64,000 nt of DNA from an uncultured Actinomycetes bacterium (lineage in GTDB: Bacteria > Actinomycetota > Thermoleophilia > RBG-16-64-13), in contig CAVPLM010000005.1 of assembly GCA_963706025.1 (NCBI GenBank), positions 800,001 through 864,000 on the forward strand. The letters are read 5' to 3'. Position 1 is the first letter of the stretch. Each line of letters starts with the position of its first letter. The position numbers were made by a program, and so were the translations under genes. Below are positions 20,803-30,985 of the stretch, piece after piece. The notes below the pieces were generated by a model. That model worked only from the letters and a program-made list of their open reading frames with translations, did not search any database and was not told the DNA's origin.

Positions 20803-21933
20803 ATGCCGAAGGAATACCCGAAGTTTACCGCCGCGGCCGTCCAGGTCGCTCCCGAATACCGCGACAAGCCTGTCTACTTCGACTCCGTGGCCACGCTGAA
20901 CAACGCCCTCCGCCGCATCAACGAGGCGGCCTCCAACGGAGCCACTCTGATCGTCTTCCCCGAGCTTCACATCCCGGGATACTGCCACTTCGCCATCGAT
21001 CTGACCAAGGGACCTGAGTACACCGGCATCTGGGCGGAATACCTGCGGCACGGCATCGAGGTGCCGAGCGAAGAGACCGACCTGCTCTGCAAAGCCGCCC
21101 GGCAGGCGAATGCGAACGTGGTGATCGGTATCAACGAGCGGGATAAGAAGTACGGAGGACGGCAGTACAACTCCATCCTCTACATCAGCAACCGGGGCGA
21201 GATCCTGGGGGTCCACCGCAAGATCAACATCACCGTGCAGGAGTTGATGATCCACACCCGCGGCGACGGTGGCCAGAACCTGCGCGTTCACGAGATGGAC
21301 TTCGGCGCGGTCAGCGGCCTGATCTGCGGGGAGCACGATCAGCCGCTGCTCAAGCAGTACTACATACTCCAGGGGACCAAGGTGAACTGCTCGCTGTGGC
21401 CGGGATACCTGGGCGGCGCCGAGGAGCTGCCCTGGGTCACGCCTGCCATGACCACGGCGATGGCTGTATCCGGTGCCTGCTGGTGCGTGCTTGCCGCCAA
21501 CTACATCCCCCCGGAGAAGCGGCCGACCGACTTCTATCCCAACACCGATTTCTACCAGAGCTTCGGGGGCAGCGCGATCATCAACCCGTTCGGGGAGGTA
21601 GCTGCCGGACCGGTGCGCGACCAGGAGACCATCGTCTACGCCGACATCGACCTCAAGCTGAACGAGATGGCCCGGGGAATCATCAACATCACCGGTCTCT
21701 ACAGCCGGTGGGACATCCTCAGCCTGCTGGTGCGGGAGAACGAGTACGAGCCTACAGTGCCCATGGAGTCGCTGGAGGCCGGCTCGCCCCGAGCGCAGGA
21801 CCTGGACCTCAAGGAAGGAGCTTCATTTGGCGCGGCGGGGACGGCTTCGGAAGCGGATGAGCTCACCGAACTGCGCAAGCGGGTCTCCGAACTCGAGAGG
21901 AAGCTCGGTTTGCTGGAGCCCCGTGGACAGTAG
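20803..21933 (+). CDS. Carbon-nitrogen hydrolase (nitrilase family)
   Basis: Catalytic triad motifs FPE, HRK, LICGE; RBS GAGGAGG. Confidence 0.9.
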   Translation: MPKEYPKFTAAAVQVAPEYRDKPVYFDSVATLNNALRRINEAASNGATLIVFPELHIPGYCHFAIDLTKGPEYTGIWAEYLRHGIEVPSEETDLLCKAARQANANVVIGINERDKKYGGRQYNSILYISNRGEILGVHRKINITVQELMIHTRGDGGQNLRVHEMDFGAVSGLICGEHDQPLLKQYYILQGTKVNCSLWPGYLGGAEELPWVTPAMTTAMAVSGACWCVLAANYIPPEKRPTDFYPNTDFYQSFGGSAIINPFGEVAAGPVRDQETIVYADIDLKLNEMARGIINITGLYSRWDILSLLVRENEYEPTVPMESLEAGSPRAQDLDLKEGASFGAAGTASEADELTELRKRVSELERKLGLLEPRGQ

Positions 21934-21950
21934 AAGGACCGATCTGAAAG

Positions 21951-23126
21951 ATGTGGGCCGTGCGCTTCTTTGACGCCCACTGCGACACCATTGGCAAGAT
22001 CCTGGAGGACAAGGCGGACTTCACCCGGACCGGCGATGACGCCGTCGAATTGGGCGATGGCGCACACGGGGGCGACCGACCCGGCACCGGCAGACTCCAC
22101 GTCACCCTGCCTGGTCTGCGTGCCGCCGGCGTGTGCGCCCAGGTTTTCGCCAGCTGGGTTTGGAGCGAGAAGCATCGGGGACGCGAGCTCGAGGTGGGTC
22201 TGGAGAAGGTCGAGGCCGTCCGGCGTCTGTGCGAGGAACACCCGGCCGATCTCTTCCTTGCTCTGACGGGTGCGGAGGTGTCCGGAGCATGTGAGAGATC
22301 CGGGCCGGCCCAGTCGGGCATGCAAGTGACGCGGGGCGGGGTGTCCGAGCCGGGCCTGTCCGTGACGAAAACCGCCATCATAGCCAGCTTGGAGGGAGCG
22401 GACCCGCTCCAAGGCGACGTGGACAATCTCGCCGTGTTCTACCAAGCGGGAGTGCGGCTTCTCACGCTTGCATGGGGTGACAACGCGTTCTGCGGCTCGA
22501 CATACGGTCCCGGGACCGGTCTTACCGTCCGGGGCGAGGAGCTCGTGGCGGCCTGCGAGGACTTGCGCGTGTTGGTCGATGTCTCCCACTCGTCCGATCA
22601 GGCCTTCGCCGACATCTGCCCGGTCGCCACCCGGCCCTTCATCGCCAGCCATAGCAACTGCCGGGCGCTCTGTCCCAGTCCCCGCAATCTCACCGACGAG
22701 ATGATACGGGCGCTGGCGGACCGCGGAGGCGTGGTCGGCATCACCCTTGCTCCGGGTTTCCTTTCGAGGAGTTTCTTAAAGGAGGAGCGTCCCCTGAGCG
22801 AAGCCTTCTTTCGCGCTATCGCGGCCGGGACCGAGTCGTTCGAGGAGGCCGTCAGGAAGAGCTCCATGGCCACCGCGCAGATCCCCCGTCCGCCCCTCGA
22901 GCTGATCGTCGACCACGTGCGGTGGGCCATGAACGTCGGCGGGGAGGACGCCGTGGGCCTGGGTGGGGACCTCGACGGCATCGATGCTCTCCCGCTGGGT
23001 CTCGAAGGAGTGGCGGATTATCCACGCATTGCGGAGTTGTTGACGGAAGCAGGCCTGACCGCCGCCCAGGTGGATAAGGTCTGTCACGGCAACTTCGTCC
23101 GGGTCTTCCGAGAAACCCTAGCCTGA
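21951..23126 (+). CDS. Membrane dipeptidase (peptidase M19)
   Basis: DAHCD, SLEG, VDVSH, ASHSN, RNLTDE, GGDLDG. Confidence 0.9.
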   Translation: MWAVRFFDAHCDTIGKILEDKADFTRTGDDAVELGDGAHGGDRPGTGRLHVTLPGLRAAGVCAQVFASWVWSEKHRGRELEVGLEKVEAVRRLCEEHPADLFLALTGAEVSGACERSGPAQSGMQVTRGGVSEPGLSVTKTAIIASLEGADPLQGDVDNLAVFYQAGVRLLTLAWGDNAFCGSTYGPGTGLTVRGEELVAACEDLRVLVDVSHSSDQAFADICPVATRPFIASHSNCRALCPSPRNLTDEMIRALADRGGVVGITLAPGFLSRSFLKEERPLSEAFFRAIAAGTESFEEAVRKSSMATAQIPRPPLELIVDHVRWAMNVGGEDAVGLGGDLDGIDALPLGLEGVADYPRIAELLTEAGLTAAQVDKVCHGNFVRVFRETLA

Positions 23127-23231
23127 TATCACGCGTCAACGGCATACGGACCGTCCAAGACCGAGAAGGAAACCCCCTTCACACGCAGAAGACCTGACCT
23201 GGACCGGCGCACCCAATCACCCGGGGATCGC

Positions 23232-23330
23232 ATGGAGAACGTGATCGTCATCGGTACTCTCGCCGCTCTGGCGCTGGCTTCCGAGTGGTGGCTGAGAAGA
23301 CACAATCGGACCGCCGGCCGCCGCGCCTGA
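23232..23330 (+). CDS. Putative 32-aa single-TM peptide MENVIVIGTLAALALASEWWLRRHNRTAGRRA
   Basis: ATG with GGGGA upstream; hydrophobic run followed by basic tail. Confidence 0.4.
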   Translation: MENVIVIGTLAALALASEWWLRRHNRTAGRRA

Positions 23331-23394
23331 ATCATCTGGAGAACGAGCCCTCCGCGTACGATGGGAGCCGCCTCGCCGAGGGGCTGTCGCCAAC

Positions 23395-24123
23395 CTACAA
23401 CGAGCGCGAGTTGACGACCCGGTCGCGGCCCGGCCATATCAAGCGTCTCAGCCTTCCCAGCGACCGCCTTTCCCCGTAGCCGAGGATCAGCAGTACGCCG
23501 ACCAGAAGGATGATCTTCTGCATAAGCGGCATCGGCGTCCAATGGTAGGCGACCCGCTGCTCGATGATCGCTCGCAGCGGGATGCGGTCCGGCAGACTGG
23601 CCAGCCACCCTTCCCCCGAATCGGACACGAACGAGGTAGCCGAATCTTCCAGGTCCGTCGCCTGCTTGCCCGGCCAGTCCACCCATACGTGATCGAAGGA
23701 ATAGCGCATGGTGTATGGCATTCCCTTGGCTTCGAGGATGCTGGCCGTCAGGATCGCCTCAGCCTGGCAATCACCGGCCCGATCCCGCAACACCTCGGCC
23801 ACCGTGGGGAAGTACCAGGGCAACCCGTACACGGTCCAGGCCGGTTTGAAGGCCACGAAATCCGAGGCGAACTGCTCGATGGTCGCGTAGTCGGAGGGCA
23901 GACCGGCACCGACGGCAGACGCGGCCTGGGCGTCCACCGGCGGATTCCTCAGCCTCTCCACCGAGCTCGCGAAGGGGCGCGGATCGGGATACACGACTGC
24001 TCCGATCCAGACCACGATGGCGACCGCCATGAGAAGCCGCCTGGCTACTCCCCAGCCCAGGTTACGACGTCTGCGCCCGCTGGGCGTCGTAGCGAGGGTG
24101 GGCGCGCCTTCCGGCGCGCCCAC
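23395..24123 (-). CDS. Membrane-anchored transglutaminase-like domain protein (start uncertain)
   Basis: GDCQAEA and DHVWV motifs; N- and C-terminal TM segments. Confidence 0.7.
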   Translation of the reverse strand: MGAPEGAPTLATTPSGRRRRNLGWGVARRLLMAVAIVVWIGAVVYPDPRPFASSVERLRNPPVDAQAASAVGAGLPSDYATIEQFASDFVAFKPAWTVYGLPWYFPTVAEVLRDRAGDCQAEAILTASILEAKGMPYTMRYSFDHVWVDWPGKQATDLEDSATSFVSDSGEGWLASLPDRIPLRAIIEQRVAYHWTPMPLMQKIILLVGVLLILGYGERRSLGRLRRLIWPGRDRVVNSRSL

Positions 24124-24181
24124 CCTTCCAAGGCCCAGTCTCCGCAAACCGCCTGTCGGCCAAAGGCCGGCCACGCCGCCG

Positions 24182-24865
24182 TCAGTCCTCCGGCCCCGGT
24201 CCGTAGGCGTCCAGCTTGACCGTATCGGAGACGACGTAGTCCATCTCGGTACAGGCGGCGATATCCTCGGGCGTATGGCCTCGAGCCACTTCTTCCAGCA
24301 CGAACCCCTTGTCGGGATAGCGGCGGAATACAGCCCGTTCGGTGATGATGACGTCGGCCTCACCGGCGCCTGTCAGGGGGAACGTGCACCTCTTGACCAG
24401 TTTGCTCTTGCCGTCCTTGGAGCAATGCTCGGTAATCACGTTGACGATCTTGGCTCCGGCCAGAAGGTCCATGGCGCCCCCCATGCCTGCCACCGCCTTG
24501 CCGGGGATGGCGTAGCTGGCGATGTTGCCCTCGCCGTCCACCTGGAACGTCCCCAGAAAGGTCATGTCCAGGTGACCACCTCGTATCATCCCGAACGAAG
24601 CGGCCGAGTCGAAGAAACTGGCTCCGGCGGTCATGGTGATCGGCTTTCCACTGGCATTGCCCCGGTCGGGGTCGTCACAGTAGGCCTCCGGAGCCGGCCC
24701 TACGCCGATGGCCCCGTTCTCGCTGTGGATGACGACGTCGACTCCGGCCGGCAGGTGATTGGCGATCAACGAGGAGACCCCGATGCCCAGGTTCACGATC
24801 TGGCCGTCCTTGAGTTCCTGGGCCGCCCGGGCGGCGATGACGTTCCTTATGTCGGGCACTCCCAT
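24182..24865 (-). CDS. Family I CoA-transferase beta subunit (pair 2)
   Basis: VNLGIG, HSENG (catalytic Glu), GMGGAMDL. Confidence 0.92.
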   Translation of the reverse strand: MGVPDIRNVIAARAAQELKDGQIVNLGIGVSSLIANHLPAGVDVVIHSENGAIGVGPAPEAYCDDPDRGNASGKPITMTAGASFFDSAASFGMIRGGHLDMTFLGTFQVDGEGNIASYAIPGKAVAGMGGAMDLLAGAKIVNVITEHCSKDGKSKLVKRCTFPLTGAGEADVIITERAVFRRYPDKGFVLEEVARGHTPEDIAACTEMDYVVSDTVKLDAYGPGPED

Positions 24866-24869
24866 CTCC

Positions 24870-25574
24870 TTAGGTAGCGGAAGGCGAACAGATGTCAAGC
24901 GACGATCCCCGGTAGAGCAGATCCGCCCTCACCACCGCATGCACGAAAAGACCCTGGGTGTAGACGGTCTCCGGAGCGATCTCGCCCGGACTGTAGAGGT
25001 ATTCCACCTCAGCGATGGTGTACCCGGCGCAAGCGGCGCACAGTGGGTTGAAGTTCATGGCCGTGCCTCGATACCTGAGGTTGCCCCAGGTGTCGCCGTC
25101 GTGCGCGCGCACCAGGGCGACGTCTGCGCGGATAGCCTCCTCCAGCAGATAGGTCTTCCCGTTGAGTTCGACGTGCTGCTTGCCCTCGGCTGCTACGGTC
25201 CCCAAGCCGGTGGGAGTGAGAAAGCCACCCAGCCCGGCACCCCCGGCCCGTAGCTGCTCCGCCAACGTGCCTTGCGGCACCAGTCGCAGTTCGATCTCCC
25301 CTGCATGGTAGGCCTTGACGACATCCGGAGTGGTGCCGATGTGAGTGGTCACGATCTTGCGTACCTGGCCCGCCTTCACCAATTCCACGATACCGCGGTC
25401 CCCGTAGCCCGCGGTGCTCGAGATGATGGTCAGGTCTTTCACACCAGAGTCCTGGAGCCCGTGGAGCAACGTCAGCGGATCGCCCAGGGCCAGGAAACCC
25501 CCGACTGCTATGGTCATCCCTGATTCGACGTGGGAAACAGCCTCTTTGAGGCTTACGACCTTGTTCCTAAGCAT
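24870..25574 (-). CDS. Family I CoA-transferase alpha subunit (AtoD/CtfA-like)
   Basis: VGGF, PQGTLAEQLRAGGAGLGGFLTPTG, NFNP. Confidence 0.92.
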   Translation of the reverse strand: MLRNKVVSLKEAVSHVESGMTIAVGGFLALGDPLTLLHGLQDSGVKDLTIISSTAGYGDRGIVELVKAGQVRKIVTTHIGTTPDVVKAYHAGEIELRLVPQGTLAEQLRAGGAGLGGFLTPTGLGTVAAEGKQHVELNGKTYLLEEAIRADVALVRAHDGDTWGNLRYRGTAMNFNPLCAACAGYTIAEVEYLYSPGEIAPETVYTQGLFVHAVVRADLLYRGSSLDICSPSAT

Positions 25575-25606
25575 CGCCTCTCCTCGGCCCCGCGCCGGGG
25601 CCCTTG

Positions 25607-26263
25607 CTAAACCGCTATGCTCCTGAGATCGCCGCTTACGATCAACTGCGGCTCGGTCACTTTCTGTATGTCCTCGGCGGTCAGCCCCGGGGCGACCTCG
25701 CGAAGCAGGAGACCCTCGGACGTGACTTCGATGACGGCGAGGTCGGTCACGATGAGGTTGACACACTGCTTGCCCGTGAGCGGCAGGGTGCACGCCTTGA
25801 GTATCTTCGGCGCTCCATCCTTCGTGCAGTGATCCATCATGATGATCACGTGCTTGGCCCCAGTGACCATGTCACCCGCGCCGCCCATCCCCTTGATCAT
25901 CTTGCCGGGGATCATCCAGTTCGCCAGGTCGCCCTGCTCTGAGACCTCCATGGCGCCCAGAACGGTGGCGTCCAGGTGACCCCCGCGGACCATCGCGAAC
26001 GAATCGGCATTCGAGAAGTAGCTGGCGCCGATCAGCTCGGTGATGGTCTCTTTGCCGGCGTTGATGAGGTCTGGATCTTCCTCGCCCTCATAGGGATAGG
26101 GACCAGCGCCGAGGATGCCGTTCTCGGAGTGCAAGAAGATGTCCATACCCTCCGGCAGATAGTTGCTCACGAGGGTGGGCATGCCGATCCCCAGGTTGAT
26201 GTAGTAGCCATCCTGGAATTCAACCGCGACCCGCCTGGCCTGCTGTTCCCGAGTAAGTGCCAT
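25607..26263 (-). CDS. scoB: 3-oxoacid CoA-transferase subunit B
   Basis: [29 protein letters not shown]. Confidence 0.9.
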   Translation of the reverse strand: MALTREQQARRVAVEFQDGYYINLGIGMPTLVSNYLPEGMDIFLHSENGILGAGPYPYEGEEDPDLINAGKETITELIGASYFSNADSFAMVRGGHLDATVLGAMEVSEQGDLANWMIPGKMIKGMGGAGDMVTGAKHVIIMMDHCTKDGAPKILKACTLPLTGKQCVNLIVTDLAVIEVTSEGLLLREVAPGLTAEDIQKVTEPQLIVSGDLRSIAV

Positions 26264-26304
26264 TGTTGCCTCCTGATGAATAGTATGCGGACGAGGAACA
26301 GCGT

Positions 26305-27003
26305 CTACGGCTTCGGCCGGACCGTGCGCCTTTCGATCCACTTCTCATAGAACTCACCCTGCACCACGCGATCGACGTAGATGCCGGGAGTGTGCACCAG
26401 ATCTGACTCGATCTCACCCGGCTCCACCAGATGCTCGACCTCGGCTATGGTGATGAGGCCGGCGGCGGCCACCAGAGGGTTGAAGTTGCGCGCGGTCTTG
26501 CGGTACACCAGGTTGCCGTACCTGTCGCCCTTCCAGGCGTGGACGATCGCGAAGTCGGCGCGCAGGCCTCTTTCCATCACGTATTCCCGGCCGTCGAACA
26601 CCCGGACTTCCTTGCCCTCCGCCAGCATGGTCCCGACCGCGGTCGGCGTGAAGAAGGCCGGGATGCCGGCGCCTCCGCAACGTATGCGTTCGGCCAGCGT
26701 GCCCTGCGGTACCAGTTCGACCTCGAGCTCCCCACTCAGGAACTGCCTCTCGAAGTTCTTGTTCTCGCCCACATAGCTGGCGACCATCTTGTGCACCTGG
26801 CCTGCCTGGAGCAGGATCCCGAGCCCGTATTCGTCGGTGCCGCAGTTGTTGCTTATGATGGTCAGGTCCTTGACGCCCTTCTGATGGAGAGCGCGGATAA
26901 GGTTTTCCGGGTTTCCGCACAGGCCAAATCCACCGCTCAGGATCGACGCCCCATCCTCTATGTCGAAGATGGCGGCCTCGGCACTCGGGAACACTTTGTT
27001 CAT
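26305..27003 (-). CDS. scoA: 3-oxoacid CoA-transferase subunit A
   Basis: [32 protein letters not shown]. Confidence 0.92.
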   Translation of the reverse strand: MNKVFPSAEAAIFDIEDGASILSGGFGLCGNPENLIRALHQKGVKDLTIISNNCGTDEYGLGILLQAGQVHKMVASYVGENKNFERQFLSGELEVELVPQGTLAERIRCGGAGIPAFFTPTAVGTMLAEGKEVRVFDGREYVMERGLRADFAIVHAWKGDRYGNLVYRKTARNFNPLVAAAGLITIAEVEHLVEPGEIESDLVHTPGIYVDRVVQGEFYEKWIERRTVRPKP

Positions 27004-27193
27004 CGTCCGTCGCCTCCAGACACCGTTGACATCTGGGCATTTATAGCATACGCGGCGGGCAGGCGCCGCGAGTGCGCCCGCAGCGAGCGGGGCGCGCGCG
27101 AAGGCGGGACTCCCGGGACCTCCCGGACAGGTCCCTGTCGGCCCGGGTCTTGTAATCGTCGCCCGGGAGCCATAACCTGTCAGGGATTTGCCG

Positions 27194-28312
27194 ATGCCAT
27201 ACTGCTACTACACCTGCAACCTACTCCCGGCCGCATTCCTATCTCGCTCGGGGTACGAGCCGAGATGGTTCGGAGCCCTTGCTTTGGACGCGGAGTTCGC
27301 CGGCCGCTTCGACTCCCCCAACGTGCATCCGATGACCTGTCCCTTCGTCACCAGGCTCGTGACGGCCGCCGAGAGGTTGCTCGGCGAGGGGCCGGCCGAC
27401 GACCGGGTCGTCGTTCCCGGCGGCTGCGACGCGATGCGCCGAGCCGGCGATCTACTCGCGTCGGCGTATCCGGATCAGGTCACGACTTTTCGACTGCCTC
27501 GATTCTCGGACGAGGGAGCACTGCGCGAACTCACGCGGGAGCTTGAGAGACTGGAGCAGTGGCTTGGTGCGCCCGCCGAGTCCCAGGCGGAGCGCCCCGA
27601 CCCTGCGCATGGGCACCCGCTCGAGCCCGGGACGAGGGACCATGTCGCGGAGGATGCCCAAGCCGTCACGGCGCTTGCTGGTCCCGGCGCCACGCTTAAC
27701 GATCACCCGCGCGGGTTCGACCTGCCCTCGGCGCCAAGGCCGGGGGGCGTGTTCGTCGTCGGCGGCCCGCTCAGCGATGACTCGCTCCTGAGATTCATCT
27801 TCAGACTCGGTTCACACATCTCCGGGGTCGAATCGTGCACCGCACCGGCGCGCTGGCGCGCGCTCGATGGACCAAGCGGGGAGCCCGGCGGCGGCCGCGA
27901 GGAGAGCCGCGACGTTGACCGCGGCGGCGGCCCCGACGAGGAGCCTAAGGCGACGCCCCTGAACAACCCGCTGCTAGAAGAGACCGCGCGCCTGATCCTC
28001 AGCGCGGGAGTTTGCCCCCGTCGTTCCTCAGCGGACCGCCGCGCCTATCTGGCCCAACGCATGACCGAAGCCCGACCCTCCTCAGTCATCTACGCCCGCC
28101 AGAGCTTCTGTGACCCGGGCGCTTACGATGCCCTGCTGGTCGCCGAGTTGGCCGAGAAGGAGGGTCTACCTTTTCTCGAGGTCGAGGTCGGGTTCCCGCT
28201 CGAGATCAGCGGCCCGCTGCGGACCCGGGTCGAGGCCTTTTTGGAAGCCCAGTTGCTCGACGACGACCTGTTGGATGACTTGGGCGACGACCTTATGAGA
28301 GAGGAGGACTAG
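27194..28312 (+). CDS. 2-hydroxyacyl-CoA dehydratase-family subunit
   Basis: CPFV, GCDAMRR, CPRR, FCDP, RTRVEAFLE. Confidence 0.82.
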   Translation: MPYCYYTCNLLPAAFLSRSGYEPRWFGALALDAEFAGRFDSPNVHPMTCPFVTRLVTAAERLLGEGPADDRVVVPGGCDAMRRAGDLLASAYPDQVTTFRLPRFSDEGALRELTRELERLEQWLGAPAESQAERPDPAHGHPLEPGTRDHVAEDAQAVTALAGPGATLNDHPRGFDLPSAPRPGGVFVVGGPLSDDSLLRFIFRLGSHISGVESCTAPARWRALDGPSGEPGGGREESRDVDRGGGPDEEPKATPLNNPLLEETARLILSAGVCPRRSSADRRAYLAQRMTEARPSSVIYARQSFCDPGAYDALLVAELAEKEGLPFLEVEVGFPLEISGPLRTRVEAFLEAQLLDDDLLDDLGDDLMREED

Positions 28313-28317
28313 CCAAC

Positions 28318-29559
28318 ATGCCCGGCATGGCCGACGTGACCGGCGATTCCCTCAGCGCCTCTCTCATCCGCACGGCCTTCTTGGCCCAGACTAGGTGGAA
28401 GGCCCTGAAGTCCTCCACCGCTCGTCGCTACATGGAACTGCACGCGCTGAGCGCTTCGCTCGAGCTTTTCAAACCCGGGGCCATCGTACCCTGGGTCTCA
28501 TACCTCTTCCCCACCGAGCTGCTGAGTTCCTACGGGATCACGCCCCTGATCCCTGAGATCGGATCGGCTACCCTGACCGGCAGTGACCTCCGCGACCAGG
28601 TGGAGGCCGCCGCGGCCCGTATGCCCCTGGCCCGCGATGTCTGCAGCTACCACCGCATCGCCCTAGCGGCCGTCGAGAACGACCTGCTGCCCGCGCCCTC
28701 GATGTGCCTGGGCACTACTCCCCTCTGCCTGGGAAAGGAGTGCCTGCTCGAGATGCTCGCCACCCGGCACAACGTGCCGTTCCGGGAGATACGGGTCCCG
28801 CTTCCACCGGACGAGGGCGAAGCCGCACCCGAAGTGGTCGCCGATGTGGCCGATCAGCTCCGCGTGCTCCACGACGACATCGGCCGCTGGACCGGCCTCA
28901 AGCCCAACCTCAAAAAGGCGATGGAACTCTCCAATAGGGCCTCGGCGGCCTGGGGCCGCATCATGGAGGAGCGCCTCGCGGGTCGTTTGGAGATGAACGG
29001 GCGCAGAACCTTCGCGATGGTGTTCCTGGGCCAGCTCCTGTGGGGTACCGAGGCGGGCGCCAAGGACTTCGAGCGGCTGCTGACCGAACGAGGCCGGCGT
29101 GACCTCATGGCGCCTGTGCCGGACGGCGGCCGAAGGCTCAAGCGCCTTCTGTGGCTGCACACCGTCCCCCACCACGATCGTGACCTCTTTGAGCTCATGG
29201 AGAAACGCGAAGCCGTGGTCATCTTCGAAGAGATGGGCCAGATGCACTTGGAGACCATCGATCCCGAGCATCCGTTCCCCGGCTTGGCCAAACGTCTCAC
29301 CGACCACACCCTATGGGGCACCTCCGCCCGGCGCGCCCGGCTGAACGTGGCCCTGGCCAAGCATCTGAAGGTCGACGGGGCCGTGCACTTCAATCACTGG
29401 GGGTGTCGCCACGGTCTGGGCTCGGTGCCGGTGGTCCGCTCCGCCTTCTTGGAGGCGGGTATCCCCTTCCTGGCCATCGATGGCGACGCCCTGGCCCGCG
29501 GAGGACCGAACCAGGAGAAGTCAGTACAGGCGATGGAGAGCTTCCTGGAACTGCTGTAA
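28318..29559 (+). CDS. 2-hydroxyacyl-CoA dehydratase-family subunit
   Basis: DVCSYHR, VDGAVHFNHWGCR, IPFLAIDGD, MESFLELL. Confidence 0.88.
   Translation: MPGMADVTGDSLSASLIRTAFLAQTRWKALKSSTARRYMELHALSASLELFKPGAIVPWVSYLFPTELLSSYGITPLIPEIGSATLTGSDLRDQVEAAAARMPLARDVCSYHRIALAAVENDLLPAPSMCLGTTPLCLGKECLLEMLATRHNVPFREIRVPLPPDEGEAAPEVVADVADQLRVLHDDIGRWTGLKPNLKKAMELSNRASAAWGRIMEERLAGRLEMNGRRTFAMVFLGQLLWGTEAGAKDFERLLTERGRRDLMAPVPDGGRRLKRLLWLHTVPHHDRDLFELMEKREAVVIFEEMGQMHLETIDPEHPFPGLAKRLTDHTLWGTSARRARLNVALAKHLKVDGAVHFNHWGCRHGLGSVPVVRSAFLEAGIPFLAIDGDALARGGPNQEKSVQAMESFLELL
29470..29559 (+). repeat. 90-bp gene 3' end duplicated at 37111..37200
   Basis: 77/90 identical by manual codon alignment. Confidence 0.9.
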
Positions 29560-29577
29560 CTGGGCTGCTCGCCTCCG

Positions 29578-29976
29578 TCAGGCCTGCTCCAATTCCACAA
29601 GGACCCCTGAAAGATCCCCCGGGTGAAGAAACAGCACGGGCTTGCCGTGAGCTCCTAGCTTCGGCTCGCCCAGGGGCCGGGCTCCCGCCGCTTTCAGCGC
29701 GTCGCGAGCAGCGACGACATCCTTCACCTCGAAGCAGACGTGGTGTAGGCCCCCGGCCCCGCTACGCTCCAGGAAGGAAGCTATAGGGGAGTCCTCGCCC
29801 AGCGGTTGGAGCAGCTCGATCCTCGTATTTGGGAGGTCCACGAACCTTACCGTGACCCCGTGTTCGGGCAGGGGGGTCGGTTCGGACACATCCACGCCCA
29901 GCACATCGCGGTAGGCGGCTGCCGCCGCATCCAGGTCGGGCACCGCGATGGCAATGTGATTCAGTCTCCCGATCAC
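29578..29976 (-). CDS. mce: Methylmalonyl-CoA epimerase
   Basis: IGRLNHIAIAVPD, GGLHHVCFEV, GAHGKPVLFLHP, VELEQ; GTGA overlap with meaB stop. Confidence 0.95.
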   Translation of the reverse strand: MIGRLNHIAIAVPDLDAAAAAYRDVLGVDVSEPTPLPEHGVTVRFVDLPNTRIELLQPLGEDSPIASFLERSGAGGLHHVCFEVKDVVAARDALKAAGARPLGEPKLGAHGKPVLFLHPGDLSGVLVELEQA

Positions 29977-30966
29977 GTGCACCCTCCTTTGCCCAGAAAG
30001 ACCTCCAGCAGCCTTTGCGCGGCCTGGGTAGGGGGTATGCCGCCCTCCTTGACCGCTTCTTCCAGAGCCGGCAGCTCTGCCCGCACGCCCGGGTCCTTCC
30101 GCAGTTCCGCTAGGAGTTCTTCCGAGGTCTCGCTCCAGAGCCAGGCCTGGGCCTGTTCGGCCCGGCGCGCGGCCAGTTCTCCGCTGGCGCTTGTGAGGTT
30201 TCGGTACTGCTCGACGTGTTCCCAGACCTCCCGGATACCCTCTCCGGTGACTGCCGAGCAGGTGTCCACGGGGACGGTCCAGCTCTGGCTGCGCCTGCGC
30301 AACAGAGAGAGGGCATACGCATAGTCGCCCGCGGTGCGGCGCGCGGCGGATCGGAGCTCGCCGTCCGCCTTGTTCACGACTACCATGTCGGCCAGCTCGA
30401 CGATGCCCCGCTTCATCCCTTGAAGCTCGTCCCCTCCTCCAGGCTGCAGCAGGAGAAGGAGCATGTCGGTCATGTCCGCGACCATCGTCTCCGACTGGCC
30501 CACGCCCATCGTTTCCACGAGGATGGCGTCGAACCCGGCGGCTTCGCACAACAGCATGGCTTCCCGCGTTCTCCGGGCGACGCCGCCCAGGGTCCGGCCC
30601 GCGGGTGACGGCCGGATGAAGGCCTCCTGGCGCCGGGCGAGCTGCTCCATGCGGGTCTTGTCCCCCAGGATGGAACCCCCGGAAAGGGTCGAAGAAGGGT
30701 CGACGGCCAGTACGGCCACCCGGTGGCCTCGATCGATCACGTAGCCGCCCAACGCCTCGATGAAGGTCGACTTTCCCACCCCTGGGGCGCCGGAGATGCC
30801 CAGACGGATCGAATGCCCGGTCGCTCCCATGAGCAATTCCAAAACCTCGGTGGCCCGGGCCCGATGGTCCGCCCTGGTCGACTCCACGAGGGTGATGGCC
30901 CGCGCCAGAGGCCCGCCTATGGCCTGCGCGCACTGCCTCAGCAAGGGTGGCGGCGGTGCTGGACAT
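29973..30966 (-). CDS. meaB: Methylmalonyl-CoA mutase GTPase chaperone (frameshift near 30915)
   Basis: GAPGVGKST, AVDPSS, GDKTRM, ETMGVGQSE, NKAD. Confidence 0.93.
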
Positions 30967-30985
30967 GCGAACGGCTCCCCCCGAC

